Positions 9,724 to 19,140 of a stretch of 64,000 nucleotides of DNA are shown here, one piece after another. Location of the stretch: positions 252,818 to 316,817 of the forward strand of contig NZ_CANMFF010000004.1 in the NCBI RefSeq assembly GCF_947497005.1, read 5' to 3'. The position numbers and the translations under genes were made by a program. How positions within the stretch are numbered: the first letter of the stretch is position 1; the number at the start of each line of letters is the position of its first letter. The notes under the pieces are model-generated. The model made no database searches and was not told where the DNA came from. It saw only the letters and a program-made list of their open reading frames with translations. Source of the DNA: an uncultured Ruegeria sp. (GTDB lineage Bacteria; Pseudomonadota; Alphaproteobacteria; Rhodobacterales; Rhodobacteraceae).

Positions 9724-10782
9724 CTAATTGTCGAAGCTAATGCTCAGTTCATCTGAGGTAGCGACACTCTGGCAGGATAGTATTTCTCCGCGGGTGACAT
9801 CGCTGTCTTCAAGTGCCATTCGAGCATGCATATGGACCTGTCCCTTTGTTAGACGCGCTTTGCAGGCGCCGCATACTCCGGACTGGCAACTGAAAGGTGG
9901 CGTCAAGCCAGCCGCCAGTATCGCATTCAGTAGGGTTTGATCTGCAGAAACAGGAACCTCGTATGTCGACCCTCCCAGATTAACTTGTGCTTTGGCGGCG
10001 ATACCCGTCACGCTGGAAGCTGTCATTGTAGCCCCTCCGAAGCTTTCCATATGAATTCGGTTCGCAGGTACATCCAGTGCCATCAGCGCGTTGCTCACGT
10101 CCTTATTCATAGCTCCGGGTCCGCAAATCCAGTATTGGACATCTTGCGCCACAGGTGGGGTTTCCGTCACGGCGATCTTTATGGCTTCGGCATCCACGCG
10201 GCCTTTTCGCCATGGGCTTATCCAACTCCACAGCGAGGGTGCCGACAGGACATGGCGCAATGTGAACCGGGCGGCATGCTCAATTTTCAATTTGTCCAGT
10301 TCTTTGCCAAAGATAGTGCTTTCGCCATCGGCGTTGCCATAAATCAGATGAGCCACTGAATGAGTTTCTTCTTTGAGGACAGCGTTGATCATTGCGAATA
10401 GCGGCGTGATGCCACTGCCTGCACCAAAGAAATAGTGGGTGCGACGTTTCAGTGGATCCGGCGTCAGGGAGAACTGACCGAATGGCGGCATGACGTCGAC
10501 CATATCGCCGGGCTTTAGGTGGTCTCCGATATGATTGGACACAAGCCCACCGGCGACCCGTTTTACCGTGATACGCAGAGGGGCACCTGGTGGGTTGGAA
10601 ATGGTGTAGCTGCGACGTTGCTCTTTCTCGTTGAAATGGAATCGCAGAGTGACATGCTGACCGGCTTGCCAGCAAAAGGTTTCTGCCAGATTGGTCGGTG
10701 TATCAAAGGTCACGCTTGTGGCTTTGCCTTTAATCTCAGGCCGGATTTCAGAAACTTTCAGGGAAAAGAAATCTGGGTTCAT
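9724..10782 (-). CDS. Ferredoxin-NAD(P)H reductase with C-terminal 2Fe-2S domain (PaaE/KshB type)
   Basis: RRSYTIS, GLVSNH, GAGSGITP, CGPGAM, PFSCQSGVCGAC...LSCQ. ATG 10782 follows a GAGGA RBS. Confidence 0.92.
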   Translation of the reverse strand: MNPDFFSLKVSEIRPEIKGKATSVTFDTPTNLAETFCWQAGQHVTLRFHFNEKEQRRSYTISNPPGAPLRITVKRVAGGLVSNHIGDHLKPGDMVDVMPPFGQFSLTPDPLKRRTHYFFGAGSGITPLFAMINAVLKEETHSVAHLIYGNADGESTIFGKELDKLKIEHAARFTLRHVLSAPSLWSWISPWRKGRVDAEAIKIAVTETPPVAQDVQYWICGPGAMNKDVSNALMALDVPANRIHMESFGGATMTASSVTGIAAKAQVNLGGSTYEVPVSADQTLLNAILAAGLTPPFSCQSGVCGACKARLTKGQVHMHARMALEDSDVTRGEILSCQSVATSDELSISFDN

Positions 10783-10789
10783 GGTTTCC

Positions 10790-11275
10790 TCAACGATAAT
10801 CAAACGTGGTGTCAAGAGCTCGGATTGCCAGCCGACCAGCTTGGGGGACGATGAAAAAACTGTCCGTCTGGTTCATCGTTCCAGTTGTGTCGTCCCAGAT
10901 GTAATCGACACGTGTCTTGGCGATGACACGCGTGCCGCCGTCGGTGAATTCCGAGGAAATCCTGGGCGCCTCGCGCCTCGTTTCACTGTATCCCTGCATC
11001 GCGTCGGCCAATGTGGGATCCTGATGCCAATCAGGAAGTGTTTCCCAATCGGCCACCGGATAGGAAAACTTCTCATCTGGCTGCCCCAGCCCGAATTTGA
11101 TTGTGACGGTATGCACCGCCTTCGGGTGCCAGTCTTTCCACGTCGCAGCGATTGCTGCCTCTTCTGTTGCATTGAGATAGCGCGCCGCCAAGTCCTTGGG
11201 TTCGTCTGACGGGCTGGCCAAGACCAGTCCAGTTGCCAGGATCGTACCGATAAAGGTTGCAAAAATGCGTTTCAT
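10790..11275 (-). CDS. Hypothetical exported protein (possible NTF2/SnoaL-like fold)
   Basis: 161 aa; signal-peptide-like MKRIFATFIGTILATGLVLA. The helix-then-strands pattern suggests NTF2-like (inference). Confidence 0.75.
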   Translation of the reverse strand: MKRIFATFIGTILATGLVLASPSDEPKDLAARYLNATEEAAIAATWKDWHPKAVHTVTIKFGLGQPDEKFSYPVADWETLPDWHQDPTLADAMQGYSETRREAPRISSEFTDGGTRVIAKTRVDYIWDDTTGTMNQTDSFFIVPQAGRLAIRALDTTFDYR

Positions 11276-11359
11276 TTACTTTCCAAATTCAGCGTAGCGG
11301 AGGGAGTTGTACGAACAAGCAATTGAAGGAGCGATTCGATATTGACCCAAGGCATCTGG

Positions 11360-12523
11360 CTAAGTTCCGGCCTCTTGTGTCTCGAGGAAGTCCAGGATTG
11401 CTTGTTGGTGTCTGACAACCGGGCTTTCTCCGTTGGCGGCAGGGCCGACCTCAAAATACGGGCTGGTCAAAGACTTTTGCTGTTGTTCACAGGCGTAAAT
11501 ATCCTCGGCTGTGAAATCACCTGACGCCATTGGATCATCTTCGCTGATTGCGTCGCTGTCGGGATATTTCGGGCCGCCGAAATCCTTCCAGAAACTCCAA
11601 CTGCTCCATTCCTGTTTCTGAAACTCCCACCCTGAGGCATTCGCCAGCTTGGTGCGGTTTTCCACGCGCGTCAGATCAGGCCCCAAGGGCGTGATAATGA
11701 AGATGTTCCAGCTATCTTCGCCCGCGCCAAGCCCTATACCGGGAAACAGCATTGGCACCCAGGCCCCAATATGGGGTTCCGGTATTGCCCGCGGTGTAGG
11801 CAGGTTTTTCTCCAAATCCTTTGCATAATCAGGCGCCGGCGGTTCCCAGAAGTGATAATGCGGACCTTTCCAGCCGTATTCCGCCCGCGCATGATCATAC
11901 ATGTGGAGCGTGTTGGAATGAAGATGGCTCAGGTGATAGACGTCGATATAATTCTCGACCACGATCTTCCAGTTGGCCTTGATCTCATAGCTTTGCCGCG
12001 CATCGGGATATTCCACCAGCTCTTCCGGTTTGTGTGGTCCCAACAGCGGATCAACCGCACCGAACCACTCAACAAGGCTGGGCGGATTTGGATCAGGATG
12101 CACAAAAAGCATACCACGCCAGATATCGACACTGGCGGGTTTCAAGCCGAGGCAGGATTTGTCGACCCCATTGGGATACTCCTTTGCTTCATCGGGAATA
12201 GAAATCAGGTTGCCCTCGAGGTCGTATGTCCAGTCATGGTAGGGGCACGTCAGCGCCTTTTGCGTTTTCCCGACAGCCCGGATCAACTGTGTACCACGGT
12301 GACGGCAGATGTTATGAAATGCCCGCAGACGGTGATCGCGCCCCATCACGATAAAGATGTTGTTCAGCCCGGCCTGTATCGACACAAAATGACCGGGCTC
12401 CGGCACATCCTCGGCCAAACCTGCGTAGCGCCAGGTGCGTGAAAAAACCTGCCTTTGTTCGCGCTCAAACCAATCTTGGGACGTATAGGCGTCAACGGGA
12501 AGGCGGTGGTACATTCGGGTCAT
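11360..12523 (-). CDS. Rieske non-heme iron oxygenase alpha subunit (choline monooxygenase/CntA/GbcA-like group)
   Basis: Rieske motif CRHRG...CPYHDW; mononuclear Fe motif ENYIDVYHLSHLH and EDIYACE. Confidence 0.92.
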   Translation of the reverse strand: MTRMYHRLPVDAYTSQDWFEREQRQVFSRTWRYAGLAEDVPEPGHFVSIQAGLNNIFIVMGRDHRLRAFHNICRHRGTQLIRAVGKTQKALTCPYHDWTYDLEGNLISIPDEAKEYPNGVDKSCLGLKPASVDIWRGMLFVHPDPNPPSLVEWFGAVDPLLGPHKPEELVEYPDARQSYEIKANWKIVVENYIDVYHLSHLHSNTLHMYDHARAEYGWKGPHYHFWEPPAPDYAKDLEKNLPTPRAIPEPHIGAWVPMLFPGIGLGAGEDSWNIFIITPLGPDLTRVENRTKLANASGWEFQKQEWSSWSFWKDFGGPKYPDSDAISEDDPMASGDFTAEDIYACEQQQKSLTSPYFEVGPAANGESPVVRHQQAILDFLETQEAGT

Positions 12524-12532
12524 GGCAACCTC

Positions 12533-12796
12533 TTAAACAAGCCAGATGGCATAGGAGGGAAACAGGCTGGCCGCGATCATCATCAGGCCGAATACAGCCC
12601 AAAGGATCGCTACTGCCCAGAAAAGGATCGGATCGTGTTCGCGCGAGATATCAAATACAAGTGCAGTCTGGCCCGTCATAATCGATGGCACCAACCACCA
12701 CAGAAACAGCAGACCCCAAACCCAGTAGAGCCCCAGTACAGCCGCAACCAAAAGAACTGGCAAAGCCATGTAATTGACAAGGCGCTGGGTGCTCAT
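12533..12796 (-). CDS. Small hydrophobic membrane protein (87 aa)
   Basis: Two to three hydrophobic Trp-rich segments. Start overlaps the TetR stop (ATGA); 9 bp before the Rieske gene. Confidence 0.75.
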   Translation of the reverse strand: MSTQRLVNYMALPVLLVAAVLGLYWVWGLLFLWWLVPSIMTGQTALVFDISREHDPILFWAVAILWAVFGLMMIAASLFPSYAIWLV

Positions 12797-13383
12797 ACGG
12801 TCGCCTCCAGGCTGGCGGCAAGGATCGTTGCAGCCTGTTTCAGCTCTTCGCGCCAGACCTCTGGCGGATTAAGCGGGGTCAGAGAATCCAGGTTCACATA
12901 TGTCGCAGAAATCCCCTGCGAAACCGCGCGTATATGGGCAGCAGGGGCGTTCGGGGAGGCCCGTTTCAACACGGCTTCGATCACCTCAAAAAACTCTTCC
13001 AAGCTATCGACGAGGGGCTGTCGCATTGACGGGTGATCAGCGACGGATGTGACAAGCGACTGGTAGGCCAGCATTACGCGCGGATCATTGGGGACAGATT
13101 TATCAAACAGCAGGTCGATCAGATCAGCTGTCGTGCCCGTTGGTTCCAACGCGCCCCGAAGGGCGGTTGTCGCCTGTGCAAACCTGTCTACGACATGGTT
13201 TATAAGGGCCCCGGTCATCTGGTCCTTGTTACCTAAATAGTGGCGCAGGATGGGTCGTTTGACCCCGGCCTCAGCTGCGACGCGCTCTTGGGTTGCCCCC
13301 TCCAATCCGAAACGGGACACACAGGTGAGATATGCATCAAGAATCTGTTCTGATCGCTGGTCTTTAAGACTGGGACGGGGCAT
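12793..13383 (-). CDS. TetR family regulator (BetI-like N-terminus)
   Basis: MPRPSLKDQRSEQILDA...GATQERVAAEAGVKRPILRHYLGNKDQM HTH. Confidence 0.9.
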   Translation of the reverse strand: MPRPSLKDQRSEQILDAYLTCVSRFGLEGATQERVAAEAGVKRPILRHYLGNKDQMTGALINHVVDRFAQATTALRGALEPTGTTADLIDLLFDKSVPNDPRVMLAYQSLVTSVADHPSMRQPLVDSLEEFFEVIEAVLKRASPNAPAAHIRAVSQGISATYVNLDSLTPLNPPEVWREELKQAATILAASLEATV

Positions 13384-13398
13384 CGTTTCTCTCGTTTA

Positions 13399-13449
13399 TT
13401 GTCACATCTGACAAATAACTATTCAAAGTATATTGTCAATAATGACAAT
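13399..13449. promoter_or_regulatory. Two TTGTCA-N4-TGACAA palindromes, putative TetR operators
   Basis: TTGTCA-catc-TGACAA at 13399-13414 and ATTGTCA-ataa-TGACAAT at 13432-13449, 34 bp apart in an AT-rich region just upstream of tetR. Confidence 0.75.
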
Positions 13450-13496
13450 TAATAAATCTCTGCTAGAGCGGTGCGCCACAGCCCCGAGAAGTTGTT

Positions 13497-14603
13497 TCAA
13501 TGCACTAAGGTTTCAGCGTTTGTTGCCGCTTCCGGTATCTTTCGCCGCATTGAATCGGTGTCGACTTCAAGATTGCCAAATAGTTTTCCGGCCCAATGGA
13601 CGGCCCCGGATGTCAAAAGAAAAACCTCTGGCACCACAATCCACTCGCCGATCCAGACACCGCCGGAACGCTCGTGCTGGTGCAAGGTCAATTCGCCAAT
13701 CTGCTCGGCGCGTTGGCGTCCCAGTCTTCCGACAGCCTCGCCAAACTCGGACGCCCGTTGGTTCTGTTTATGCGCCATTGCAGATGAGGCGCCTCGACCC
13801 GTTTCATGAGTTTCAGTAATTTCGGCGATGTCCGTTGAGGACAACAAATTCACGTTGTGTGAGATCTTGCAGATCGTCGCGCAAAGCGCGCCAAGCGCCG
13901 TCACGATGTCTGATATTCCATCCCTTGCATTTTGCCAGTGTGGGTCTACGACCCTCAGTCCCAACGCCTGTGCAACAGCCCGTTTGATCTGTGGACCATC
14001 GTCTTTGTCGTACCCCCGCAAATCTCCAACCGGCCCTCCAATCTGAACGTTCAACCCTCGCTTTGCGGCGTCGTCGATTGCTTTCTGGCGACGCGACAAT
14101 TCAGACCTCCAAACCTGCAATTTGGTAGCGAAGCAGATTGGCACGGCGTGCTGACCGTTGGTGCGCCCGATCATCATTGTGCCCCGGTGTTGGTCCATAT
14201 GGCTTTCCAAAATCGCGGCAAGCCGCTGCAATTTCAGTTCGATCTCTTCGAGCCCGGCCTTCATTTGCATCGCAAGAGCCGTGTCCATGATGTCTTGCGT
14301 CGTTGCACGGAAGTGAAAGTATTTCGCATGATCGCCAAGCGCTTTACGCATCTGCTGAATAAGCCCAACGATAGGTCGACCCACAGTCAGCATGTCTGAT
14401 TGCATTTGATCCTTGTCGAGCATCTGGGGCGACAAAGCCTCAATCGCACGGGCTGCATCGCTGGGAATAAGCCCCGCCTCGGCCTGACATCGAGCCAGGG
14501 TTTGCTCGACCTTCAGCCAGGCTGAGATCGTGCTGTGTTCTGACCAGATAACCCGCATGTCGAGGGTCGAGAAACAGTCGCGGTAAAGACCAAACTCAAG
14601 CAT
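13497..14603 (-). CDS. Fumarase/aspartase-superfamily lyase (adenylosuccinate lyase/PcaB-like, short form)
   Basis: HFRATTQDIMDT, GRTNGQHA, SSAMAHKQN, HQHERSGGVW. ATG 14603 overlaps the tctA stop. Confidence 0.85.
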   Translation of the reverse strand: MLEFGLYRDCFSTLDMRVIWSEHSTISAWLKVEQTLARCQAEAGLIPSDAARAIEALSPQMLDKDQMQSDMLTVGRPIVGLIQQMRKALGDHAKYFHFRATTQDIMDTALAMQMKAGLEEIELKLQRLAAILESHMDQHRGTMMIGRTNGQHAVPICFATKLQVWRSELSRRQKAIDDAAKRGLNVQIGGPVGDLRGYDKDDGPQIKRAVAQALGLRVVDPHWQNARDGISDIVTALGALCATICKISHNVNLLSSTDIAEITETHETGRGASSAMAHKQNQRASEFGEAVGRLGRQRAEQIGELTLHQHERSGGVWIGEWIVVPEVFLLTSGAVHWAGKLFGNLEVDTDSMRRKIPEAATNAETLVH

Positions 14604-16110
14604 CACCCAGCCCCCCCGGCGCAAGCTTTCGGTCTTTTAGGACACCCCGGACACGGAACGCTATCGCGCCTGCACCGATGATTATGAAAGCCAGCGCGAT
14701 TGGACGCTCGACAAATATCAGAGCGCCCCCATCCGACATCAAGAGCGATTGACGAAATGTCTCTTCAGCCCCTTTTGCCAGCACAAATGAGATAACGAAG
14801 GCGGCTATGTTGAAGTCGTGCTTTCGCATCAACCAACCAACAAACCCCGCCACGGTCATCACGGTCACATCAAACATCGACCCACTTGCAGAGTAGGCGG
14901 CGACAAAGGCGGTCATGAAGATCATCGGATAGAGGACGTTGGTCGGGATTTTCAGAATTAGCCGAGCGACTTGTGTCGCCCCGAAATAGCCGATCAAGCC
15001 ATACGCAATGATCCCCAGCATGCCGCAAGCGAACAGCTTATAGACCAATTCCTTGTCCGTCAGAAAAAGTGTTGGTCCAACCTGAATGCCATGGATCAGG
15101 AAGACACCAAGTAGGATGGCGCCAATGGTCGACCCGGGTATTCCTAGCGTTAACAGTGGTGCCATCGAAGGGCCGGACACCGCATTATTTGCCGCTTCGG
15201 GTGCGGCAACACCTTCCAACGCGCCTTTGCCCCATTGTTCAGGGTTTTTCGCCCGGCGTTTCCCTTCACCGTAGGATATGAAAGCCGCAATTGCTGAGCC
15301 CAGCCCTGGCAAGACACCAATACCTGCGCCGATGAATCCACCGCGCAAGGCGTGCGGCAGGCAAGGTTTGTATTCTTCCCAAGTCAGATTATTCCCGTCT
15401 TGTGTGCTGTCGTTCTCTTTGGTCTCTCCCTGGGTTTTCCGGCGCTCTTCTAGCTGGGCAAACACTTCGCCCAAAACAAATACACCGATCATCAGGGGAA
15501 CGAGACCGATACCGTTGGACAGGTCAAAAGAACCGAAAGTGTAGCGTTCTTCGCTCGAAATCGGATCAAGCCCAACCATGGCGACCAAAATGCCCATCAG
15601 GGCCGAGGCCAACCCCTTGACTATGGATTTACCGATGACCGATCCGATCACAACGAAGGCGGCAAAGTAGATTGCGAAGGTTTCCGGCGGCCCCAGTTTC
15701 AATGCGATGGACGCAATGAACCCAACACCAATGACCAACAGGATATCACCCATCATGTCGCCAATAATCGACGAAATAGTGGCGACCTTCATCGCCTTGC
15801 CCGCTTTGCCTGCGCGGGCCAGCGGATAGCCATCGATCTGCGTGGCAGCACTGGCGGCTGTGCCCGGAGTGTTGAACAGAATGGCCGCAATAGACCCACC
15901 ATAGCGCCCGGATTTTCCAATCACGTAAAGAAACGCCAAGGCGAAAAGGGGCGACATATAGAAAGTGATCGGCAACAGCATTGCGATCGCGGCTGATGCG
16001 GTCAAACCGGGGGTCGCACCCACGATCATGCCAACAAACGCTGCCAATACGATGGCGAAAAGCAGCATCGGATCTGTAATCACGGAAAGAAGAGCGGGAA
16101 AGATTTCCAT
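14596..16110 (-). CDS. tctA: Tripartite tricarboxylate transporter large permease
   Basis: GATPGLTASAAIA, NTPGTAASAATQIDGYP, GVAAPEAANNA, LTLGIPGS. Confidence 0.93.
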   Translation of the reverse strand: MEIFPALLSVITDPMLLFAIVLAAFVGMIVGATPGLTASAAIAMLLPITFYMSPLFALAFLYVIGKSGRYGGSIAAILFNTPGTAASAATQIDGYPLARAGKAGKAMKVATISSIIGDMMGDILLVIGVGFIASIALKLGPPETFAIYFAAFVVIGSVIGKSIVKGLASALMGILVAMVGLDPISSEERYTFGSFDLSNGIGLVPLMIGVFVLGEVFAQLEERRKTQGETKENDSTQDGNNLTWEEYKPCLPHALRGGFIGAGIGVLPGLGSAIAAFISYGEGKRRAKNPEQWGKGALEGVAAPEAANNAVSGPSMAPLLTLGIPGSTIGAILLGVFLIHGIQVGPTLFLTDKELVYKLFACGMLGIIAYGLIGYFGATQVARLILKIPTNVLYPMIFMTAFVAAYSASGSMFDVTVMTVAGFVGWLMRKHDFNIAAFVISFVLAKGAEETFRQSLLMSDGGALIFVERPIALAFIIIGAGAIAFRVRGVLKDRKLAPGGLGDA

Positions 16111-16116
16111 AATTTG

Positions 16117-16584
16117 TTACCCCTGAATCCAGTTCAGCAGATCAAAGACCTCGCCGTAGGGTGGGAATACGCCGAGCAGCACGAAGAAGATGACGTGAAA
16201 GACCAGCGGGCACAGAACGACTGACAGCGCCAATCCAATCCGACTACGGACGCCGAAAATGTAGAGAATCAGCGGAGCAACAATCGCGGTCGGAACAAGA
16301 TATCCGAACCATCGGAAAGATTGCTGATAGATCAGCGCAATGATGAAAAGACCGACTATCTCCAGCGTGGCCCCATTGTCAGGTTCGCTTTGTGCTTCAC
16401 CTGCGCTCTGACGCGTGGCCCCAATGATTAGGAACCCGGACAGAGCAAGCAGCGCAACAGCAGCAGCAAAAGGTACAATGCCTGCCCATGTATCACCGGG
16501 CGAGGCCGCTGGCACTTGCCAGGCACCCCAGATGGCAACACATGAAATGGCTGTCAGAACAAGACCTTCGACATAAGTACGCAT
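16117..16584 (-). CDS. tctB: Tripartite tricarboxylate transporter small permease
   Basis: About four TM helices, lying between tctC and tctA; ATG 16584 follows a GGAGGG RBS. Confidence 0.85.
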   Translation of the reverse strand: MRTYVEGLVLTAISCVAIWGAWQVPAASPGDTWAGIVPFAAAVALLALSGFLIIGATRQSAGEAQSEPDNGATLEIVGLFIIALIYQQSFRWFGYLVPTAIVAPLILYIFGVRSRIGLALSVVLCPLVFHVIFFVLLGVFPPYGEVFDLLNWIQG

Positions 16585-16654
16585 AATTCCCTCCGTCACA
16601 CATTGGTCGTTGAGAAAGATCGGGTGGCGATATCGCCACCCGATCCTGTCAGTC

Positions 16655-17614
16655 TCAGTTCGTCAGGCTTTCCACCAAAGGTGCGGCGTCCTCTTTCATT
16701 GCCGACAGAGTTGCCTTGGCATCTGCACCGCTCTGATAAACCGGGCCGGTCCCGCGTGAGGCCAGAAGTTCGGCAAACTCGGGTTTCGCTACGATTTGTT
16801 CCAGCGCGGCTTCCATCGCCGTAACCACCTCGGGTGGCGTATCCTTTGGCGCGAACACAATCACCGGGGACGAAACTGCGGCAAAAGGTATTCCGAGCTC
16901 ACCAAAGGAAGGCACATCCTTCATGATGCCATCACGGTCCTGACTGTTGACCGCCAATGCACGCAGCTGGTCTTCAAATCCCGCCAGTTGCTGTACACCA
17001 AGGAAGCCGAAGTCCGCCTGTTCGCCGATCAGTGCTGCACGGGTTGGTCCGCCACCTTTGAATGGTACATCCTGTGCCTCGATGCCGTTGCCGGCCAGAA
17101 AGCCCATACCACCGACATGGTGAAAACCGCCGCGTCCCGAATGCGCCCAACGGAGCGATCCTGGGTCAGCTTTTGCTGCATCGATTATGTCTTGTACGTT
17201 TTCGAATGGGCTATCCTTTGGCACCATCAGCGATGTCTGTAACTGACCGACCTGAGCGACAAATTTGAAACTGTCCAGCGCGTCAATGTCTGTGTCCCGC
17301 GTCATGGTCGACAAAAGAAACGACCCGCCCGACGTCATCATCATCGTGTATCCATCTGGACGTGCACCCACAACAGAGTTGGCGCCGTTCAAACCACCTG
17401 AGCCGGGCTTGTTTACAACAACGACTGGTACATCCAAAACGCCTTCAGCTGCCGCCGAGATGGCGCGGGCATAGGCATCTGTGCCACCACCCGCCTTGTA
17501 TGGCACGATCAAGTTGATAGGGCGCTTAGGCCAGTCAGCGGCAAAGCTGGCTGTGGCTGAAGTGGCTACGGCAATGGCGGCAATGGCCGTGTTTAGTAGT
17601 GTTCTACGTTTCAT
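16655..17614 (-). CDS. tctC: Tripartite tricarboxylate transporter substrate-binding protein (Bug/TctC)
   Basis: Signal peptide MKRRTLL...SFA; WPKRPINLIVPYKAGGGTD, VVVNKPGSGG, VPFKGGG. Confidence 0.93.
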   Translation of the reverse strand: MKRRTLLNTAIAAIAVATSATASFAADWPKRPINLIVPYKAGGGTDAYARAISAAAEGVLDVPVVVVNKPGSGGLNGANSVVGARPDGYTMMMTSGGSFLLSTMTRDTDIDALDSFKFVAQVGQLQTSLMVPKDSPFENVQDIIDAAKADPGSLRWAHSGRGGFHHVGGMGFLAGNGIEAQDVPFKGGGPTRAALIGEQADFGFLGVQQLAGFEDQLRALAVNSQDRDGIMKDVPSFGELGIPFAAVSSPVIVFAPKDTPPEVVTAMEAALEQIVAKPEFAELLASRGTGPVYQSGADAKATLSAMKEDAAPLVESLTN

Positions 17615-17659
17615 TGGGTCCTCCCATAAGCTCGACCCTAAACTATCCAAGTTTGGGAA

Positions 17660-17704
17660 TTGATAAAAATGCAAAGATCGTATCTACTCTTGCAAAAAAT
17701 GAAA
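17660..17704. promoter_or_regulatory. Candidate LysR T-N11-A sites
   Basis: TTGATAAAAATGCAA (17660-17674) and TTGCAAAAAATGAAA (17690-17704) in the divergent tctC/lysR gap. Confidence 0.4.
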
Positions 17705-17714
17705 GCCAGCAGCG

Positions 17715-18635
17715 ATGAACATCAAAGCCTTGCGCGCTTTTAGTATCACTTTGTCCGAAGGCTCTCTGATTGCCGCATCGGAAATCCTGCACCTGAGCCA
17801 GCCTGCTGTCAGCCGATTGATATCGGGATTGGAAGCAGAACTAAGACTTACACTATTTGATCGAAGCGGCCGCAACCTTACACCTACGCCGGAAGGGTTT
17901 GCCTTCTACCGCGAGGCAGGGCGAATTCTGGAAAATCTGGATGAAGTGCCGAGGATCGCGGCGGAAATTCGTGCTGGGCGAACGGAATCACTACGTATTG
18001 TCACGATGCCCAGAATTGCACAAACCTTGTCGGCCCGCGCAGTAGCAAGGTTTTTCAAAGAACATTCCAACATCAACATCAGCCTGGATGTCCGGGCGCG
18101 GCGCGAAGCTGGAAAGTGGTTAGCAGGGCGCGAATACGACATCGGTATTGGAGCATTGCCCGTTGAACATCCGGGAATTCGCACACAACCGTTATTGAGA
18201 GTTAGGGCGCAGGCGATATTGCCTGCTGATCACAGACTTGCCAAGCGACAGGAACTCGCAGCGACCGAGCTTGTGAATGAACCTATCATCCGTTTGATGC
18301 AGGGATTGTTACTTCGAGACCAACTGGATGATATCTTTCATTCCGCTGGCGTATCTCCTGGCCAGTCTTGCGAAGTTGCATCTTCCCAACTGGCTTGCTC
18401 GCTTGTTGCGGAAGGGGCGGGCATCACAATCGCAGATGAATTGGTCTCAGCTCAGATTGGTCTTGAAAACTTGATCCTGGTGCCGGTTGTTCCCGAAAAA
18501 TGGATGACATTCGGGTTGTTGTACCCCGTCTCGCAGGACAGAACTGAAGCTCTTTGCCGCTTTGAAACAGTTTTGCGGGACGTGGTTCAGGAACTGGCAG
18601 GTCAAAGCCCAACCTTGGAAGTGGCCCTGGATTAA
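17715..18635 (+). CDS. LysR family transcriptional regulator
   Basis: HTH GSLIAASEILHLSQPAVSRLISGLEAEL; divergent from tctC. Confidence 0.93.
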   Translation: MNIKALRAFSITLSEGSLIAASEILHLSQPAVSRLISGLEAELRLTLFDRSGRNLTPTPEGFAFYREAGRILENLDEVPRIAAEIRAGRTESLRIVTMPRIAQTLSARAVARFFKEHSNINISLDVRARREAGKWLAGREYDIGIGALPVEHPGIRTQPLLRVRAQAILPADHRLAKRQELAATELVNEPIIRLMQGLLLRDQLDDIFHSAGVSPGQSCEVASSQLACSLVAEGAGITIADELVSAQIGLENLILVPVVPEKWMTFGLLYPVSQDRTEALCRFETVLRDVVQELAGQSPTLEVALD

Positions 18636-18929
18636 GACCGTTCGATGACCCGATGCTCCGGGTTCCATCGCCATTGAATGCAGAAGGCTCTATGCTGACG
18701 CACTAGCAGAAATGATCCATGTCGCATTGTCGAGAAGCGCGGCCAAGGTTCGTTCATTTAATAGGCAATGGCAGCTTGGGGAACTTACCCCCATTTGTGG
18801 CGCGCGCAACATCCGTTAATATAGGCTATTCGCAGCTATTCTCTGCGTACGCACATCAAGTTAGTATGATCTTTCGTCAACGTCGGGTTGGCGTTGAGGC
18901 GGGGTGTGGCGGATTGGAGGATTTACCAT

Positions 18930-19140
18930 GCATATCACAAACTTAACCGTCTATGCGTCGGCGCAGACGTAGCGTATCAGGATCGACCGCGTCAGCGGTT
19001 TCGACCGGGTCAAACTCGGATAGCTTTTCCCCGGTTCAGCTTGATCCTTGGTACCTTTGACTATGCGCTTCTTCTTACCCGTATTGGGGTCGTCGTAAAT
19101 GATTTCCCATTAAGAATCAGACCGTTGGCGCGCATATGGA
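18930..19140 (-). pseudogene. Probable decayed tyrosine integrase N-terminal remnant
   Basis: Minus-strand WEIIYDDPNTGKKKRIVKGTKDQAE...(frameshift)KLSEF resembles integrase arm-binding N-termini. It lies about 100 bp beyond the tRNA 3' end; no catalytic domain follows. Confidence 0.5.

Noticed and set aside
13399-13449. TGTCA...TGACA palindromes as PpsR/CrtJ sites
   Set aside because: PpsR needs TGT-N12-ACA; these are TGT-N8-ACA and no photosynthesis genes are present.
13497-14603. Calling the lyase purB or pcaB
   Set aside because: Catalytic motifs deviate (GRTN, MAHKQNQ) and there is no purine or protocatechuate context.
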